Below, in pieces: positions 49,255-61,880 of a DNA stretch of 64,000 bases (its first letter is position 1; every line of letters begins with the position of its first letter). The position numbers were made by a program, and so were the translations under genes. Location of the stretch: positions 32,001 to 96,000 of the IMG/VR virus record IMGVR_UViG_3300035158_000183. One strand, given 5' to 3'. The stretch comes from a virus. Under the pieces are notes generated by a model. The model made no database searches. It worked only from the letters and a program-made list of their open reading frames with translations, and had not been told where the DNA came from.

Positions 49255-49770
49255 TTACACCGGATATTCTGTTTGTTTAAATACCTTGCTGGTTTTCAGG
49301 AAGAGCCTGATGTCGTTAGGTGTGACACTAGAGCACTCCCAGTTTTCTGTTTCGGGCACACCTGCTGCCTTCAGAAATTCTGCTATCAGCTCGAAGCAGG
49401 TCACCCTGGAGATGTTGTGAAACGGCTTGGTGATTTTGATCTTTAGCCATCTCCATATCATAATCCGGAATAGGCCCCAAAGCAAGTACTTTATGTCATA
49501 TTTGGTACCCACATAATTACGTATCTCTGGTAGGCCAAAACTGAGATCGGCAAGCGGCTCGTAGGTCTCGATGTAAGAGTACCTCTTCTTCGCCTCCTCG
49601 GCTGGTATCTTCACTACACGACCTAGTACATCGGCAGCCCACCAGCCTCCCCATAGAGGATCTTGGTACAGAAGAAATGCATGATTTACAGGCAGTTCCA
49701 AGACTCGGCGGATAGCTCTGCCATACCATTTTTCATGTGCCGCTAGACATATGCGAATATTAGAAGCCAT
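49255..49770 (-). CDS. Permuted papain-like NlpC/P60 enzyme (YaeF/YiiX-like)
   Basis: His before Cys: NHAFL ... GTKYD ... TCFELIA ... VTPNDI. Confidence 0.7.
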   Translation of the reverse strand: MASNIRICLAAHEKWYGRAIRRVLELPVNHAFLLYQDPLWGGWWAADVLGRVVKIPAEEAKKRYSYIETYEPLADLSFGLPEIRNYVGTKYDIKYLLWGLFRIMIWRWLKIKITKPFHNISRVTCFELIAEFLKAAGVPETENWECSSVTPNDIRLFLKTSKVFKQTEYPV

Positions 49771-50342
49771 TACACGTCAGGATCCTCGTATATCTCTACG
49801 AAATATCGTGACCTTGCCATCTGAGCAGGGTCAGAGTTGTCGTCCTTGTAGGGTAGATCGTCTGCAATCTCAGCCGTCATATATTCCCATTTGGGGTTTC
49901 CCAGAATATCCACATGAGGATTGCCGCCAGTCACACCGGCAGAAGACCATATGATTACAGGTTTAGAGAAGTCAAACTTTAACTGGATTATAGGCTTATT
50001 AACGTCTCCGTTAATCGGTCCACTGTAGGCAATCCTATTCATTTCGTCTGCTCTAGCCATAAAGTCTGCCATCGAAGAATACTGAGCTAAAGTTATAGGG
50101 CTAGATGCCCACCCGTCTATATGGCCTTTGATTATCATGCCGCCACCGGAGTGGATAATCATATCCTCAGTGAACTTGATCAGGACACCGGTGACCTTGT
50201 AGACTTCATCGGCACCAGGTTGTAGGGTCCATACACTATTATCAGTAGCAGGCCATGCACTTGTGTCTGACCAGTCGTGAGACGTAATTGTATCAAAACC
50301 CTTTACGTTGCTGGGTAACCCATTGGGCTGAAAACCACTCAT
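49770..50342 (-). CDS. Hypothetical virion-associated protein
   Basis: GGAGG RBS; ATGA coupling. Confidence 0.6.
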   Translation of the reverse strand: MSGFQPNGLPSNVKGFDTITSHDWSDTSAWPATDNSVWTLQPGADEVYKVTGVLIKFTEDMIIHSGGGMIIKGHIDGWASSPITLAQYSSMADFMARADEMNRIAYSGPINGDVNKPIIQLKFDFSKPVIIWSSAGVTGGNPHVDILGNPKWEYMTAEIADDLPYKDDNSDPAQMARSRYFVEIYEDPDV

Positions 50343-50962
50343 TCTGCTGCCTCCCAATCAAATTCTACTGAGGTAAGCCCCCAATTATCTCCCTTGCCGG
50401 TTCCTGTTACGGAGAACAAGAATCCATATCCTGTAATCTCCTCACAGTTTAGGTTAGCTGTGCCATCAAATATAACATTCGTAAAATTTATAGAAGAAGG
50501 TACCACAGCCTGTTTGGCAGGGAACTGAACAAAATCTCGATGAATCCTCCACCTACGCATTCCCCGTCTGCCGGAAAGAGTAAACACGTGATGCCCTGCG
50601 GGCATGCCTGTTGATATGTTCTTGCCGCGTATGGCAAATTGTTCGCTGGTAATATCACTTACAGAACCTCCGCTACAAGCAGGACATGTGGTAGGCGCTG
50701 ATACGGCAGATACCTTAAACCACTTGGCGCAATCGTCGCACCAGACACGATAAGATACAACCGCACTACCCTTGTCAAAGGTCTCGGTTGTTGAGTTCCA
50801 GGTCCACACCGTCTCGCGTGTCGGCTCATCGAAGTCGAACTCCTTCTCGACAATCTCTTCAGTCTGCGAATCAAACTGGCCGTCATTCTGGAAATCGCAG
50901 TATCCATGCCTCTTGACTATCTTGGAGGTCTTATCAATTACGTTCTTCTGTGAAATTCCCAT
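50339..50962 (-). CDS. Hypothetical protein with central Zn ribbon
   Basis: CDDC..CPAC; TAATG coupling at 50962. Confidence 0.6.
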   Translation of the reverse strand: MGISQKNVIDKTSKIVKRHGYCDFQNDGQFDSQTEEIVEKEFDFDEPTRETVWTWNSTTETFDKGSAVVSYRVWCDDCAKWFKVSAVSAPTTCPACSGGSVSDITSEQFAIRGKNISTGMPAGHHVFTLSGRRGMRRWRIHRDFVQFPAKQAVVPSSINFTNVIFDGTANLNCEEITGYGFLFSVTGTGKGDNWGLTSVEFDWEAAE

Positions 50963-51744
50963 TACAGCGACTCCCAATACCCCTGGATGCGGACATCCAC
51001 CGAGTTTCCTGAGTCGACATAATATTCAAAAATCTGGCTGTCATCGAGCGGCACCCTGAAAATTCCCTCACACTGCTCATATCCACGGTGTGAGTACGGA
51101 ATGCCGATGGTGCTGCCATTCATCCTCCAGTTCAATCTGCACACAGCACCAGCGTCAAAAACAGTGAACCGGATATACCCAAGTCGACTGGTCGGCGGAA
51201 TCGCGACACTACAATCAACGTCTGTATAACTTGTAGCAGTGCCGCCTTCCAGAACCAGGACATCGTTATCAAACATAACCAGCCGACGCCGGCCACATGT
51301 GCACCTGCGTATCTGTCTGAAGTTGGAACTAGCGTCGTTGTAAATCGACCCAACTCTACGTTTCTTTGTGTATCCGGACGGCAACGTGGGACTTGTTGAA
51401 CTCAACGAAAACAGTCCTGCAACAGTATCAGTCGTTGGATTATAAATTATCCACACATAGTACCATGTTGACGCAGCCTCGGAGCCCGTATCAAGCCCGT
51501 TCGCACCGCTTGCCGTAATATCTATAGTCAGCTCGGAATCGGAAATTATGTTGCCGTCGTCGTCGTCATTTCTACACGCCCCATCTGGAATCTTCAGCTC
51601 TTGCTCTGGGGTTCCGGTGAAAGCACTGTAACAGTTGAGCCTGTAGATGTACCTGGTCGGGAATGCCGCGCCCTGGAGGTCGGCAACAGGTATATACTTT
51701 TCGACCTCAGTGTCGGTATCATGTGTCATTACCTGCTCAACCAT
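50962..51744 (-). CDS. Tail fibre/virion structural protein
   Basis: GANGLDTGSEAASTWYYVW..PTLPSGYTKKRRVGSI, a motif typical of phage tail proteins. Confidence 0.7.
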   Translation of the reverse strand: MVEQVMTHDTDTEVEKYIPVADLQGAAFPTRYIYRLNCYSAFTGTPEQELKIPDGACRNDDDDGNIISDSELTIDITASGANGLDTGSEAASTWYYVWIIYNPTTDTVAGLFSLSSTSPTLPSGYTKKRRVGSIYNDASSNFRQIRRCTCGRRRLVMFDNDVLVLEGGTATSYTDVDCSVAIPPTSRLGYIRFTVFDAGAVCRLNWRMNGSTIGIPYSHRGYEQCEGIFRVPLDDSQIFEYYVDSGNSVDVRIQGYWESL

Positions 51745-51745
51745 T

Positions 51746-55282
<3,537 letters not shown>

Positions 55283-55296
55283 TCACAACCTCACAA

Positions 55297-55641
55297 TTAT
55301 ACGTCGTCGCCAATACCTGGAAGCTCCGACATGTTAAAACGCACAACTTGGTCATTACCTAATGTCTTGGTTGCCCAGGTCATATTATATGGAGCACCTG
55401 TCTGGTCATAATCATCATAATCTCCGACAAGCTCTATATTGCTGACCTGTCGGCTGCCTGCCAGCGAGGCGTGCGAGCCAAGGATGGTAGTTACTAGCCT
55501 TTGTGGCCCAATCCTCATCTGCAGACCAGAGTCGTCATTAACATTTGGCTCCTGGTAAATTGGCGGCAATATATCGACGGTAATCTTGTCAACACGGAGC
55601 GTTTCATTCGATCCGTTGTAGTATATTCTGGTAAGTTCCAT
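55297..55641 (-). CDS. Hypothetical protein
   Basis: AGGAGG RBS. Confidence 0.7.
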   Translation of the reverse strand: MELTRIYYNGSNETLRVDKITVDILPPIYQEPNVNDDSGLQMRIGPQRLVTTILGSHASLAGSRQVSNIELVGDYDDYDQTGAPYNMTWATKTLGNDQVVRFNMSELPGIGDDV

Positions 55642-55654
55642 CTCTATAGGCCTC

Positions 55655-55711
55655 CTAACCGTTAGTGTTTACTGTCCAAACCTCTGAGGGTAATGTTCCT
55701 GGTGACACCAT
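55655..55711 (-). CDS. Putative 18-aa micro-ORF (MVSPGTLPSEVWTVNTNG)
   Basis: AGGAGGT RBS overlapping the upstream TAG; its own TAG overlaps the next gene's AGGAGG. Confidence 0.45.
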   Translation of the reverse strand: MVSPGTLPSEVWTVNTNG

Positions 55712-55720
55712 CAATACCTC

Positions 55721-56278
55721 CTAGGATGTGGCCGAATAAGCCATCACAAGTGTTACGGCCCTATAGCCAGCACCAGCAGGTACCGAAGCTGGCACATTCC
55801 ACTTGACCTGAACGTGCGCTTCACCAGCCAGGGGCACTACACCATCACCTGCTGGCGTACCCACGCTGATACTGTCCTCGTCCAGTATGAGTTGGTTGTT
55901 AATGTCTCCGTAGCCATTCTTGAAGACTTGCCATGTGTCAGGCGGCGCATCACTGTATGGCGGGTTGGAATCCCAGAATGGTCTCCCCTCGGTCCACCCT
56001 CCAGGAATTACCTGATTAATCATAAATCCGCCAGTGGCAGCATCTCCCCAACTCATCACTTCTGTAAAGTCATCATCTGCGTTATCGCCAAGATAGCTGG
56101 AACCCACGTAGCGCTGCAGATAGAAAGCGCAATCTGTGATCGGGTTCACCTGAGCATCGTGACGAATGAACAGATCCTGGATATCCGAGTCATTTCCTGG
56201 AGTTACAATACCCTGATCAACCGTATCAGCTAGGGAATCTCCACCCGAAGTATCCGAAATTGTAATGTTAACAGTCAT
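55721..56278 (-). CDS. Virion structural protein (beta-rich)
   Basis: AGGAG RBS; structural module context. Confidence 0.65.
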   Translation of the reverse strand: MTVNITISDTSGGDSLADTVDQGIVTPGNDSDIQDLFIRHDAQVNPITDCAFYLQRYVGSSYLGDNADDDFTEVMSWGDAATGGFMINQVIPGGWTEGRPFWDSNPPYSDAPPDTWQVFKNGYGDINNQLILDEDSISVGTPAGDGVVPLAGEAHVQVKWNVPASVPAGAGYRAVTLVMAYSATS

Positions 56279-56289
56279 TTATGCTCTCC

Positions 56290-56661
56290 TTAAATCTTGA
56301 TCTGGAACCCAATGACGTTGCCACCTGTAGGGCTAGGACGTCTATGTGGCTCAGCCAGCCCGCCCTCTAAACTGTCGACACTACTGTAACTATACCACCA
56401 TGAGTCGTATTTGTCATCGCATGTGACCTTGACGGAATAGTTGGTGTCTTGCTCGAGGCCATCAATGATGTACTCGTTATAGGCACGCTGGGCATAAGGC
56501 GCCGAAGGATTGACTTGTAACCCTCGGAGCAGGTCCAAAATGTCGTCTGTGAGACGCATGGCATTATGGCGTATCCACGGCCCTTCAGGCTTCAGTGCAT
56601 ACCATACCGCATAGGTGAACTCAGCACCCATCTTATCCCATTTGACTAATAAATCACTCAT
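56290..56661 (-). CDS. Small FN3-like structural protein
   Basis: VKW..YAVWY..IDGLEQDTNYSVKV pattern. Confidence 0.55.
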   Translation of the reverse strand: MSDLLVKWDKMGAEFTYAVWYALKPEGPWIRHNAMRLTDDILDLLRGLQVNPSAPYAQRAYNEYIIDGLEQDTNYSVKVTCDDKYDSWWYSYSSVDSLEGGLAEPHRRPSPTGGNVIGFQIKI

Positions 56662-56663
56662 AG

Positions 56664-58904
56664 CTACTCAGTATCCGGACCGACATACCTAAGGTTCGGC
56701 TGATATCCGTAATATCGTATCAATGGTTGAACTCCTAGAGGCACGCTCTGCGCTACTATCTCCTGCACCTGCTGTTCTGTGAACCTCTGTAGTATATTTA
56801 CAGGCAACTTGACGACTACCACCGAGTCACCTGGATACGGTTGCCCGTCGAAGCGCCCAAACCCCGAGAACCATTGAACTTGTGGATTCAGAAGTTTGGC
56901 ATCCTCATACTTCTCTGGGTCCACTCCGCCACCGGCCTCCCTCACATCTATCATCACAGCATCCTTGTAGCTATGCGGTGGGTTGAGAGACATCTCGGCC
57001 AGTACAAAGTATCTGGAGTAAACCGAGGGGAAGAAGTCTGTTATCGCTGGAGCGTTAGCGTCCTCCTCTTCCCTATCACGACCAGTTAGGGTGGTACGCT
57101 CGTCCAGGAAATTAACCAGCTCTATGGTGGTGCCGCTGGCCAGAAAAATACCGCCAGCATCGTAAGCTACCTCTGAAGCGTCTGAAGACAGCGCTAGAGT
57201 AGTATCAGTGCGGCTGGTGAACTTCGCATACCGCATAGCAGTACCGTCATAAAATCTAATCCAACCACTCCTCGGAAATGCCGCCGCTGTCACCACATGC
57301 AAGCTTTTGCTATCTATAATCTCCTGTGTGCCACCAGTAGTGGTCGTCTGCGCGCTCCAGCTATAGTGCATACCAAGTGCACCGGTTAGGGCATAGCCAT
57401 CTGCTGTATCCAGCTCCACATCCACAGCTATATTCTCGTTACCCTCAGACCCGTCCTGGCTAGCGCCAGTGATAACTCCAGATGGTGTTACCCTCACCCA
57501 CTGGATGGCTGCAGTCTGTAAGCCTAAGTTGCCATTAGGAGTAGACTCCGGCACTAGATATATAGCCCTGACCTCATTCTGGGCAGTGGCATCGAAAGTA
57601 GGATTCATATTAAGGCCGGTCACCTGGTAATATATCTCCCGGTATGTATAGGTGGCAAAGATTTCGTGGTCGTCTGACAGGTCGAAGCTTACATGTGCCA
57701 TTCCGCTTCTGCGGTCAAGACCTAATAGTAGTGAGGAGTTCCATATAATGGGATCGTTGTTGCTGTCCAGTACAAGCTGATTCTCATAATCTCTATAGTC
57801 AGCACCATCAAGATTAGGGTCGTCAGTGATGGCATATTCCACTATCCCGTCTCTCTTAATCAGCATATAGAAGTATGAGTACAATGCTCCGCTCTGCAGC
57901 TCCTCATGGGCCAGCTTGATAAGGTGCTTGTCAATCTTGATAGCCGGTGCCTCTGGAGACAGCTTATATGGACTCATAGGGTTGAAGGCCTGGTTCTCAA
58001 ACTCCGGAATGTCATAAGATATAGCCTGGGCCCCGTAGCCTGTCTGGAACGAGCCATTCACCACTCGTGGGAACCATGGATCGATGTCGCTCTTGGCCGT
58101 AGGATTCTTAACACTAATTCGCTTCGTCTCCTCGTACCTTACCGCAAATATACTGCTCTGCGGCAGGGTGATGGTCAGACTGCTAGGCTCCCACAGATAG
58201 ACCCTGGCCCATGGTTTCAGACTCAGAGTCACGGACCAGATATCATCCCATGTGGCCTCCGTATACGCCAACTCATTACTCAATAACTCTGTATACACGT
58301 GCTCGACCCCGCTGACCACCTCGGTGTACTGGACAAAATATACTATATATTCACCCATATCATGATCGTAGGAGCTTTCAAGACTGTTGTAGAGCGAGTA
58401 TTGTGTATACTCTGGTGGGTCTACTGGATTACCTGTCGTCTCATCATACACTTGCTCCAGCACCAATTTGTACTTATCTGAGCTTACCAGGTTAAGATCT
58501 TGGTCATAAAGCCGTATAGACTCTGGTACTATATCTAGTGATAAGTTGTGGCGAAAGTAGAGAGGTATCGGTCCCGACTCAGCCTCATTGAACTCCTGGG
58601 TGACTAGAAAGTTCTGGTTCCGGACCGACATCGGCTGGTGCGAGCTGATTAACTCCTGCACCCGACCAATCCTGGAGTTGGCGTACAGCGTGTCGCTCCG
58701 GTCGCCAATAAAGAGGTTGTTATCAGCAGACAGCTCCTTGGTTCCCACATAGGCCAGCTTCACTGCGTCTGCAGGTGGGCTCTCCAAGTAGAGTATATTC
58801 TCGATACGCTTCTTGACATTTTGGCGGGTCCTGGACTGGAATGACAGCCCGTCTATGCCTGTCACACGTATCTGAAAACTCTGCTCGCTGCTTCCTATCG
58901 TCAT
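56664..58904 (-). CDS. Baseplate/tail structural protein
   Basis: Long packed ORF; IDVREAGGG and DGQPYPG motifs. Confidence 0.55.
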   Translation of the reverse strand: MTIGSSEQSFQIRVTGIDGLSFQSRTRQNVKKRIENILYLESPPADAVKLAYVGTKELSADNNLFIGDRSDTLYANSRIGRVQELISSHQPMSVRNQNFLVTQEFNEAESGPIPLYFRHNLSLDIVPESIRLYDQDLNLVSSDKYKLVLEQVYDETTGNPVDPPEYTQYSLYNSLESSYDHDMGEYIVYFVQYTEVVSGVEHVYTELLSNELAYTEATWDDIWSVTLSLKPWARVYLWEPSSLTITLPQSSIFAVRYEETKRISVKNPTAKSDIDPWFPRVVNGSFQTGYGAQAISYDIPEFENQAFNPMSPYKLSPEAPAIKIDKHLIKLAHEELQSGALYSYFYMLIKRDGIVEYAITDDPNLDGADYRDYENQLVLDSNNDPIIWNSSLLLGLDRRSGMAHVSFDLSDDHEIFATYTYREIYYQVTGLNMNPTFDATAQNEVRAIYLVPESTPNGNLGLQTAAIQWVRVTPSGVITGASQDGSEGNENIAVDVELDTADGYALTGALGMHYSWSAQTTTTGGTQEIIDSKSLHVVTAAAFPRSGWIRFYDGTAMRYAKFTSRTDTTLALSSDASEVAYDAGGIFLASGTTIELVNFLDERTTLTGRDREEEDANAPAITDFFPSVYSRYFVLAEMSLNPPHSYKDAVMIDVREAGGGVDPEKYEDAKLLNPQVQWFSGFGRFDGQPYPGDSVVVVKLPVNILQRFTEQQVQEIVAQSVPLGVQPLIRYYGYQPNLRYVGPDTE

Positions 58905-58916
58905 GTGGTTACCCTA

Positions 58917-61868
58917 TTAGTACTGCTTCTTCAGTTCTCTGATTTCATTACGCAGCTGCTTGATTTCATTTACAGCTGCTGCCAATATGCTATCTGGGTT
59001 GATTGACTCTGGCTCGCCGTCTGAGTTGTTCACAACAAGTTCGGGGCAAATCTCGGCTAAATCTTCTGCAATGAACCCAAACTGTGCTGCATCTGGCTGG
59101 CTCTTGAAGCTAAATGATACCGGCTTCAGATCATATAGCCATGAGCTATCTTGCATAGCTTGTATGTTATTTTTATATCTGCGTGACGACGACCATGGTT
59201 TTAACTGGCCGAAACCATCTATTGCAATTCGAGTACCCGAGCCGGGCGTCGTAGCAAGTATGGCACCAGAATATACCGCATTGCCATTTAGTCGTATCGA
59301 TGCGCTAGTGCCTTCGATAGTGACCGTATTCTGCGCTATGATGCCAAGGATGCCAGTAGCAGGATCCATAGAGATTGCTGCCTGCTGGACATTAGATGCA
59401 TCATACGTTCGTATCAAGAGTCCGGTAGTATCACTCTTGTGATACATCTCAGTAAAACTAGTAGCAACATTCTTTCTTATACGTATAGTGTCATCGTCTG
59501 CAGCTGGCGCGGCCTCGTTCCCGTATGCTGTTAGGGTGATTTCTTTGCCTGCTGCAACATTAGTCGAGCTGGCCAGCGACCAGACAATTACGCTTCCAGC
59601 GGAAGTAATTGATGCTGAAGTAGTACCACTTAACCCAGCAGTACCACCACAGGCTAAAGTGATGTCATCCCCAAAGATAGCAGGTGTTTGTGGGCTGCCC
59701 CCTGAATACGTTACGAACTTATACCTAGAGTTGTCTGGTTCGTAATAGAGACCTGCTGGCTGGTCGTTACTCGGATTATCGAACCAGCCGGCTCCTCGAT
59801 CATGCAGAGAAGTGAATTTTCCATCTCCCTGCTCAGAGAAGAAGATGGCGTTACTGTAGACGTTGAAGAAGTCCGCACCTACTATACCAGGAGAAGTAAA
59901 GTACTTCTCAAACTCTGTGGAAACCGCCCCTAAGCCATTATTCGTTGCTGTCCAACAACGAGCACCGCCCCGGAACCTCCACTCTCTGAGCTGCTCTACA
60001 CTAAGTGAATTAGATAGGCTTGGAGTAATGCTGTGCGGAGTACCCCAGGTAGACTGTCCAGTATTAGCAGGCTGGTTAGCCTTGTCGGATCCGTCGCTGT
60101 CAGTAGATCTTATCCCAGCCAATAGCTTAATATAATTCAGCTCCATCTGGCGACCTAAGTCGAAACCTATATATGCACCAGTAAAGTCTAGGTATCCTTC
60201 ACCCTTACGAGTGCGTAGATACAGAGAAGGGGCTGTGTCATACGATGTGATTGCCAGAGCACCATATTCGTAATCACGTGGTTTGGGATTTGCGCCCAAG
60301 GCTCGGATGCCAAATCCAACTCTATGAGCTATGCCATCATCTTTAGAGTAAGTACCCGGATGAGACCAACTACTGATATCCTTCCCGCCTATCCACTGGA
60401 TAGAGGGATGATTGAAGTATACATGCGTGCCGGCTCCACCGAATCGTATGGCTGGTGTGGTAGTAGCCAGTCCTGTTACCGAGGAAGCATAAGAGGAGCC
60501 GCTGCCAAGCTCAAATGTAGTAGAGCGTGTGAACACAAGGTCGCCACGCATGGCATTCCCACTATTACCATTTACATCATCAGCCATATAACCAGCACGA
60601 TGTAGATACTGTGGATGCGGATTGGTGGGATAGTCAGAAGCTCTGAAATAATATCTCTCTGGGTCAGCGATAGCCGATGGGATATCCCCAGTAAACAGAT
60701 TGGTCAGGTGGTCGTGTGACAGAGGCATACTGTAGTGCATTGTGTCAACGTGCTGACCCTGGTGCAGGCCAGTGCGCCGACTTTCCCTAACTACTGTAGC
60801 CAGGTAGTTCACAGTCTCTGCCATACTTGACCCAGTTAGAATCAGCCTTGCGGTATCGCCTTCTGTCAACCAGCCCGCTGACGTTACTGCCTTCACGCTA
60901 TACTCATCGATGTAATAGAAGGTTACTGAAGGGAGCATCCGACCAGCGTTGTTGTCCCACAAATGCATGAAACCTTCTGGGATCTCGTCGTCTGCTGCTA
61001 GAACAGAAGTAAGAGCATAAGGTAGCCGGTATTTTGCTCCCTCGCCGAAGGTTGTCGCGTAGATCTGCACTCGCGTTGTTTCATACTCTTCGGGCGCACC
61101 ATACATTGATGACCCCGAAGATCTACGTGGGGCTGCAGACACCTCTGGCAAGGTAATTGTATATGTAGAAAGCCCTCCGGATGGCGAGCCTACTTCTTTA
61201 ATATTACAAAGTGCTACTGTCTCCTGCCATGTGGGGATCACATTATGGGTTGACCAGGGTGCTCCTGGCCCCATCACATGAGCATTGGCAATCTCTAGCT
61301 CAATTACAGCAGTGGGCCGACTGTAGGACGTGATAACACCCTTGTAATAATCTACATGGAAATCGCCATGCACCTCCAGGTCTTCTATATCACCCTTTGG
61401 AGTCCCCGCCAATACACCGCTAGCGTCGCTTACTACAGTAATATCAGTGCCCCAGGTCAGAGTAACCACTTTGCCGGTACCGCTGTCAGATGGCGCCAGA
61501 TCAGATGAGAGTTTGACCAGTGGCATGCCCAGGCACCAACTATTCTGGTAGTTATTCAGCCGTACCTCGAAACCAGTAGTCTGCGGTTCCTGAAACGAAG
61601 CTCCTCTGGGGGATACATAATCAGACGGCCCCATAAACCTAGCCAAGCTAGCTTGTGCTAGCCGCTCAGGGCTCAGATTATAGGCTGTATCTGACGGGCC
61701 ACCCGTATGTACTTGGTACTCCCACGGGTCGCCAATAGCTTTTGTGACCCTGGAGAAGGCCGTATCAGCCTGCTTGACGCCACCCGTCATCTTGGTGCCG
61801 GTTGGCTGCTCACCCTTCACATAGTCAAAATTGACAGGGAAGACATCTTGCATCTGGTCTCTCGACAT
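58917..61868 (-). CDS. Tail spike/fibre with C-terminal peptidase S74 intramolecular chaperone
   Basis: SSRRYKNNI, LKPVSF, FGFIAEDL..PELV, terminal coiled coil; NPHPQY fibre motif. Confidence 0.85.
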   Translation of the reverse strand: MSRDQMQDVFPVNFDYVKGEQPTGTKMTGGVKQADTAFSRVTKAIGDPWEYQVHTGGPSDTAYNLSPERLAQASLARFMGPSDYVSPRGASFQEPQTTGFEVRLNNYQNSWCLGMPLVKLSSDLAPSDSGTGKVVTLTWGTDITVVSDASGVLAGTPKGDIEDLEVHGDFHVDYYKGVITSYSRPTAVIELEIANAHVMGPGAPWSTHNVIPTWQETVALCNIKEVGSPSGGLSTYTITLPEVSAAPRRSSGSSMYGAPEEYETTRVQIYATTFGEGAKYRLPYALTSVLAADDEIPEGFMHLWDNNAGRMLPSVTFYYIDEYSVKAVTSAGWLTEGDTARLILTGSSMAETVNYLATVVRESRRTGLHQGQHVDTMHYSMPLSHDHLTNLFTGDIPSAIADPERYYFRASDYPTNPHPQYLHRAGYMADDVNGNSGNAMRGDLVFTRSTTFELGSGSSYASSVTGLATTTPAIRFGGAGTHVYFNHPSIQWIGGKDISSWSHPGTYSKDDGIAHRVGFGIRALGANPKPRDYEYGALAITSYDTAPSLYLRTRKGEGYLDFTGAYIGFDLGRQMELNYIKLLAGIRSTDSDGSDKANQPANTGQSTWGTPHSITPSLSNSLSVEQLREWRFRGGARCWTATNNGLGAVSTEFEKYFTSPGIVGADFFNVYSNAIFFSEQGDGKFTSLHDRGAGWFDNPSNDQPAGLYYEPDNSRYKFVTYSGGSPQTPAIFGDDITLACGGTAGLSGTTSASITSAGSVIVWSLASSTNVAAGKEITLTAYGNEAAPAADDDTIRIRKNVATSFTEMYHKSDTTGLLIRTYDASNVQQAAISMDPATGILGIIAQNTVTIEGTSASIRLNGNAVYSGAILATTPGSGTRIAIDGFGQLKPWSSSRRYKNNIQAMQDSSWLYDLKPVSFSFKSQPDAAQFGFIAEDLAEICPELVVNNSDGEPESINPDSILAAAVNEIKQLRNEIRELKKQY

Positions 61869-61880
61869 AATGACTCCTCA

